DNA of 9,975 bases from Octopus sinensis (Eukaryota), in assembly GCF_006345805.1 (NCBI RefSeq), contig NW_021827732.1:1-9975 (forward strand). The letters are read 5' to 3'. Position numbers and translations under genes: made by a program. Each line of letters opens with the position of its first letter. The stretch's first letter is position 1. This document shows, in pieces, positions 8,985 through 9,975 of this stretch. Below the pieces are notes generated by a model. It ran no database searches and was not told the DNA's origin. It saw only the letters and a program-made list of their open reading frames with translations.

Positions 8985-9433
8985 TACAACATTAATTTTT
9001 GCCTTATTAAAATTACCTCCGCTTCTAGAAGATGTGAAATAATTCACAAACGGCAACTACAAACAACACCGTAAAGAGGAGGGGAGATAATTATGATATT
9101 CTAAAATTTTCCAGACTTAACACTCTGTTAAGAAAAAGTGCAGACTTATGATCGGGAGATAAAAGGATAGTCGTGGACAAGTGTTTCTGCCTCAATAATT
9201 GTAATCAGTAGAGCAATTGCTCCAGCTTATCTCCCGTAGCCAAGGACTGTGAATTATATAAAAAAGTTGAACATATTCAAATCCTAGGAATTTGCATTAT
9301 TTAAGTAAAAAGGAGGTGAGAGGATATCGCTCAGAACGGCCAGTGGGTGTATTTGAACAGCTAAATACAGATTACCCAATACCTACAACATAATTTCTTG
9401 ACTTATTAAAATTTACTCGGCTTCTAAAGGATG
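8985..9433 (+). repeat. Diverged direct repeat pair (8985-9034 and 9384-9433)
   Basis: Ungapped 41/50 identity at a ~400-bp offset, with short upstream matches (ttatttaag, acggc, aaatacag) at a similar offset. Confidence 0.55.
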
Positions 9434-9471
9434 AGCTGATACAACAAGAATTTTTTAACGAAAATAAGGCA

Positions 9472-9626
9472 GTCACTTAGCGGTTCGGCAAAAGAGAGAC
9501 GATAGAATAAGTACTGGGCTTACAACGAATAAGTCTCGGGGTCGATTTGCTCGACTAAAGGCGGTGCTCCAGCATGGCCGCAGTCAAATGACTGAAACAA
9601 ATAAAAGAGTAAAAGAGTAAGAGAGT
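9472..9626 (+). mobile_element. 5'-truncated SINE family B (3' body)
   Basis: acttagcggttcggcaaaagagagacgatagaataagtact...atgactgaaacaaataaaagagtaaaagagtaa matches 4404-4545. Confidence 0.88.
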
Positions 9627-9932
9627 CTCCGTACATTAAATGAAGTTAGTGCGGTACACGTGTTCACTGGATTTTGCGGCAGCATTGTTGTTTATACTGT
9701 GTTTTCAGACAGAAGCATTTGAAATATCTCCAAATTTAAAAACAAAAAAAGCTTCAATGATAATAGGGGTGACAAATTATTTTTATATAGATATATTCAT
9801 TTTGTACTCAAAACTTACACGAATAAAGAAGTTGTTTGTTTCTGCAGTGATTACCACTGAGAGACATTGTGGCATCATTTCAAGTATTTTTTAAGTGAAG
9901 AGTAATGTTTTTAACTATTGAAGATGTATATG

Positions 9933-9975
9933 TACTCTTTTGCTTGTTTCAGTCATTTGACTGTGGCCATGCTGG
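9933..9975 (-). mobile_element. 3' end of SINE family B, running off the window
   Basis: Its reverse complement matches 9569-9611 at 40/43. Confidence 0.8.

Noticed and set aside
7328-9894. ORFs 7328-7525, 7609-7797, 8598-8876, 8865-9074, 9640-9894
   Set aside because: Short, with no recognisable domain or splice support; 7609-7797 overlaps the foldback arm.

Overview
AT-rich, repeat-dense eukaryotic non-coding DNA (intergenic or intronic), most likely from an Octopus genome. That attribution rests on my recall of these SINE-like families, not on a search. No credible protein-coding gene is present: the supplied ORFs come from microsatellites or repeats, or are chance ORFs. The window holds three tRNA-derived SINE-like families (my labels A, B, C), including two family-A copies with internal 184-bp tandem units. 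It also holds a 398-bp non-autonomous Helitron, a perfect 248-bp inverted duplication, a ~250-bp foldback element and many (TA)n/(CA)n/(TATC)n tracts. The most interesting signal is a set of short modules nested between microsatellites that carry complete or partial minimal-hammerhead-ribozyme-like motifs, hinting at microsatellite-associated Penelope/retrozyme-like elements. This is a hypothesis, and the copies here look degenerate.
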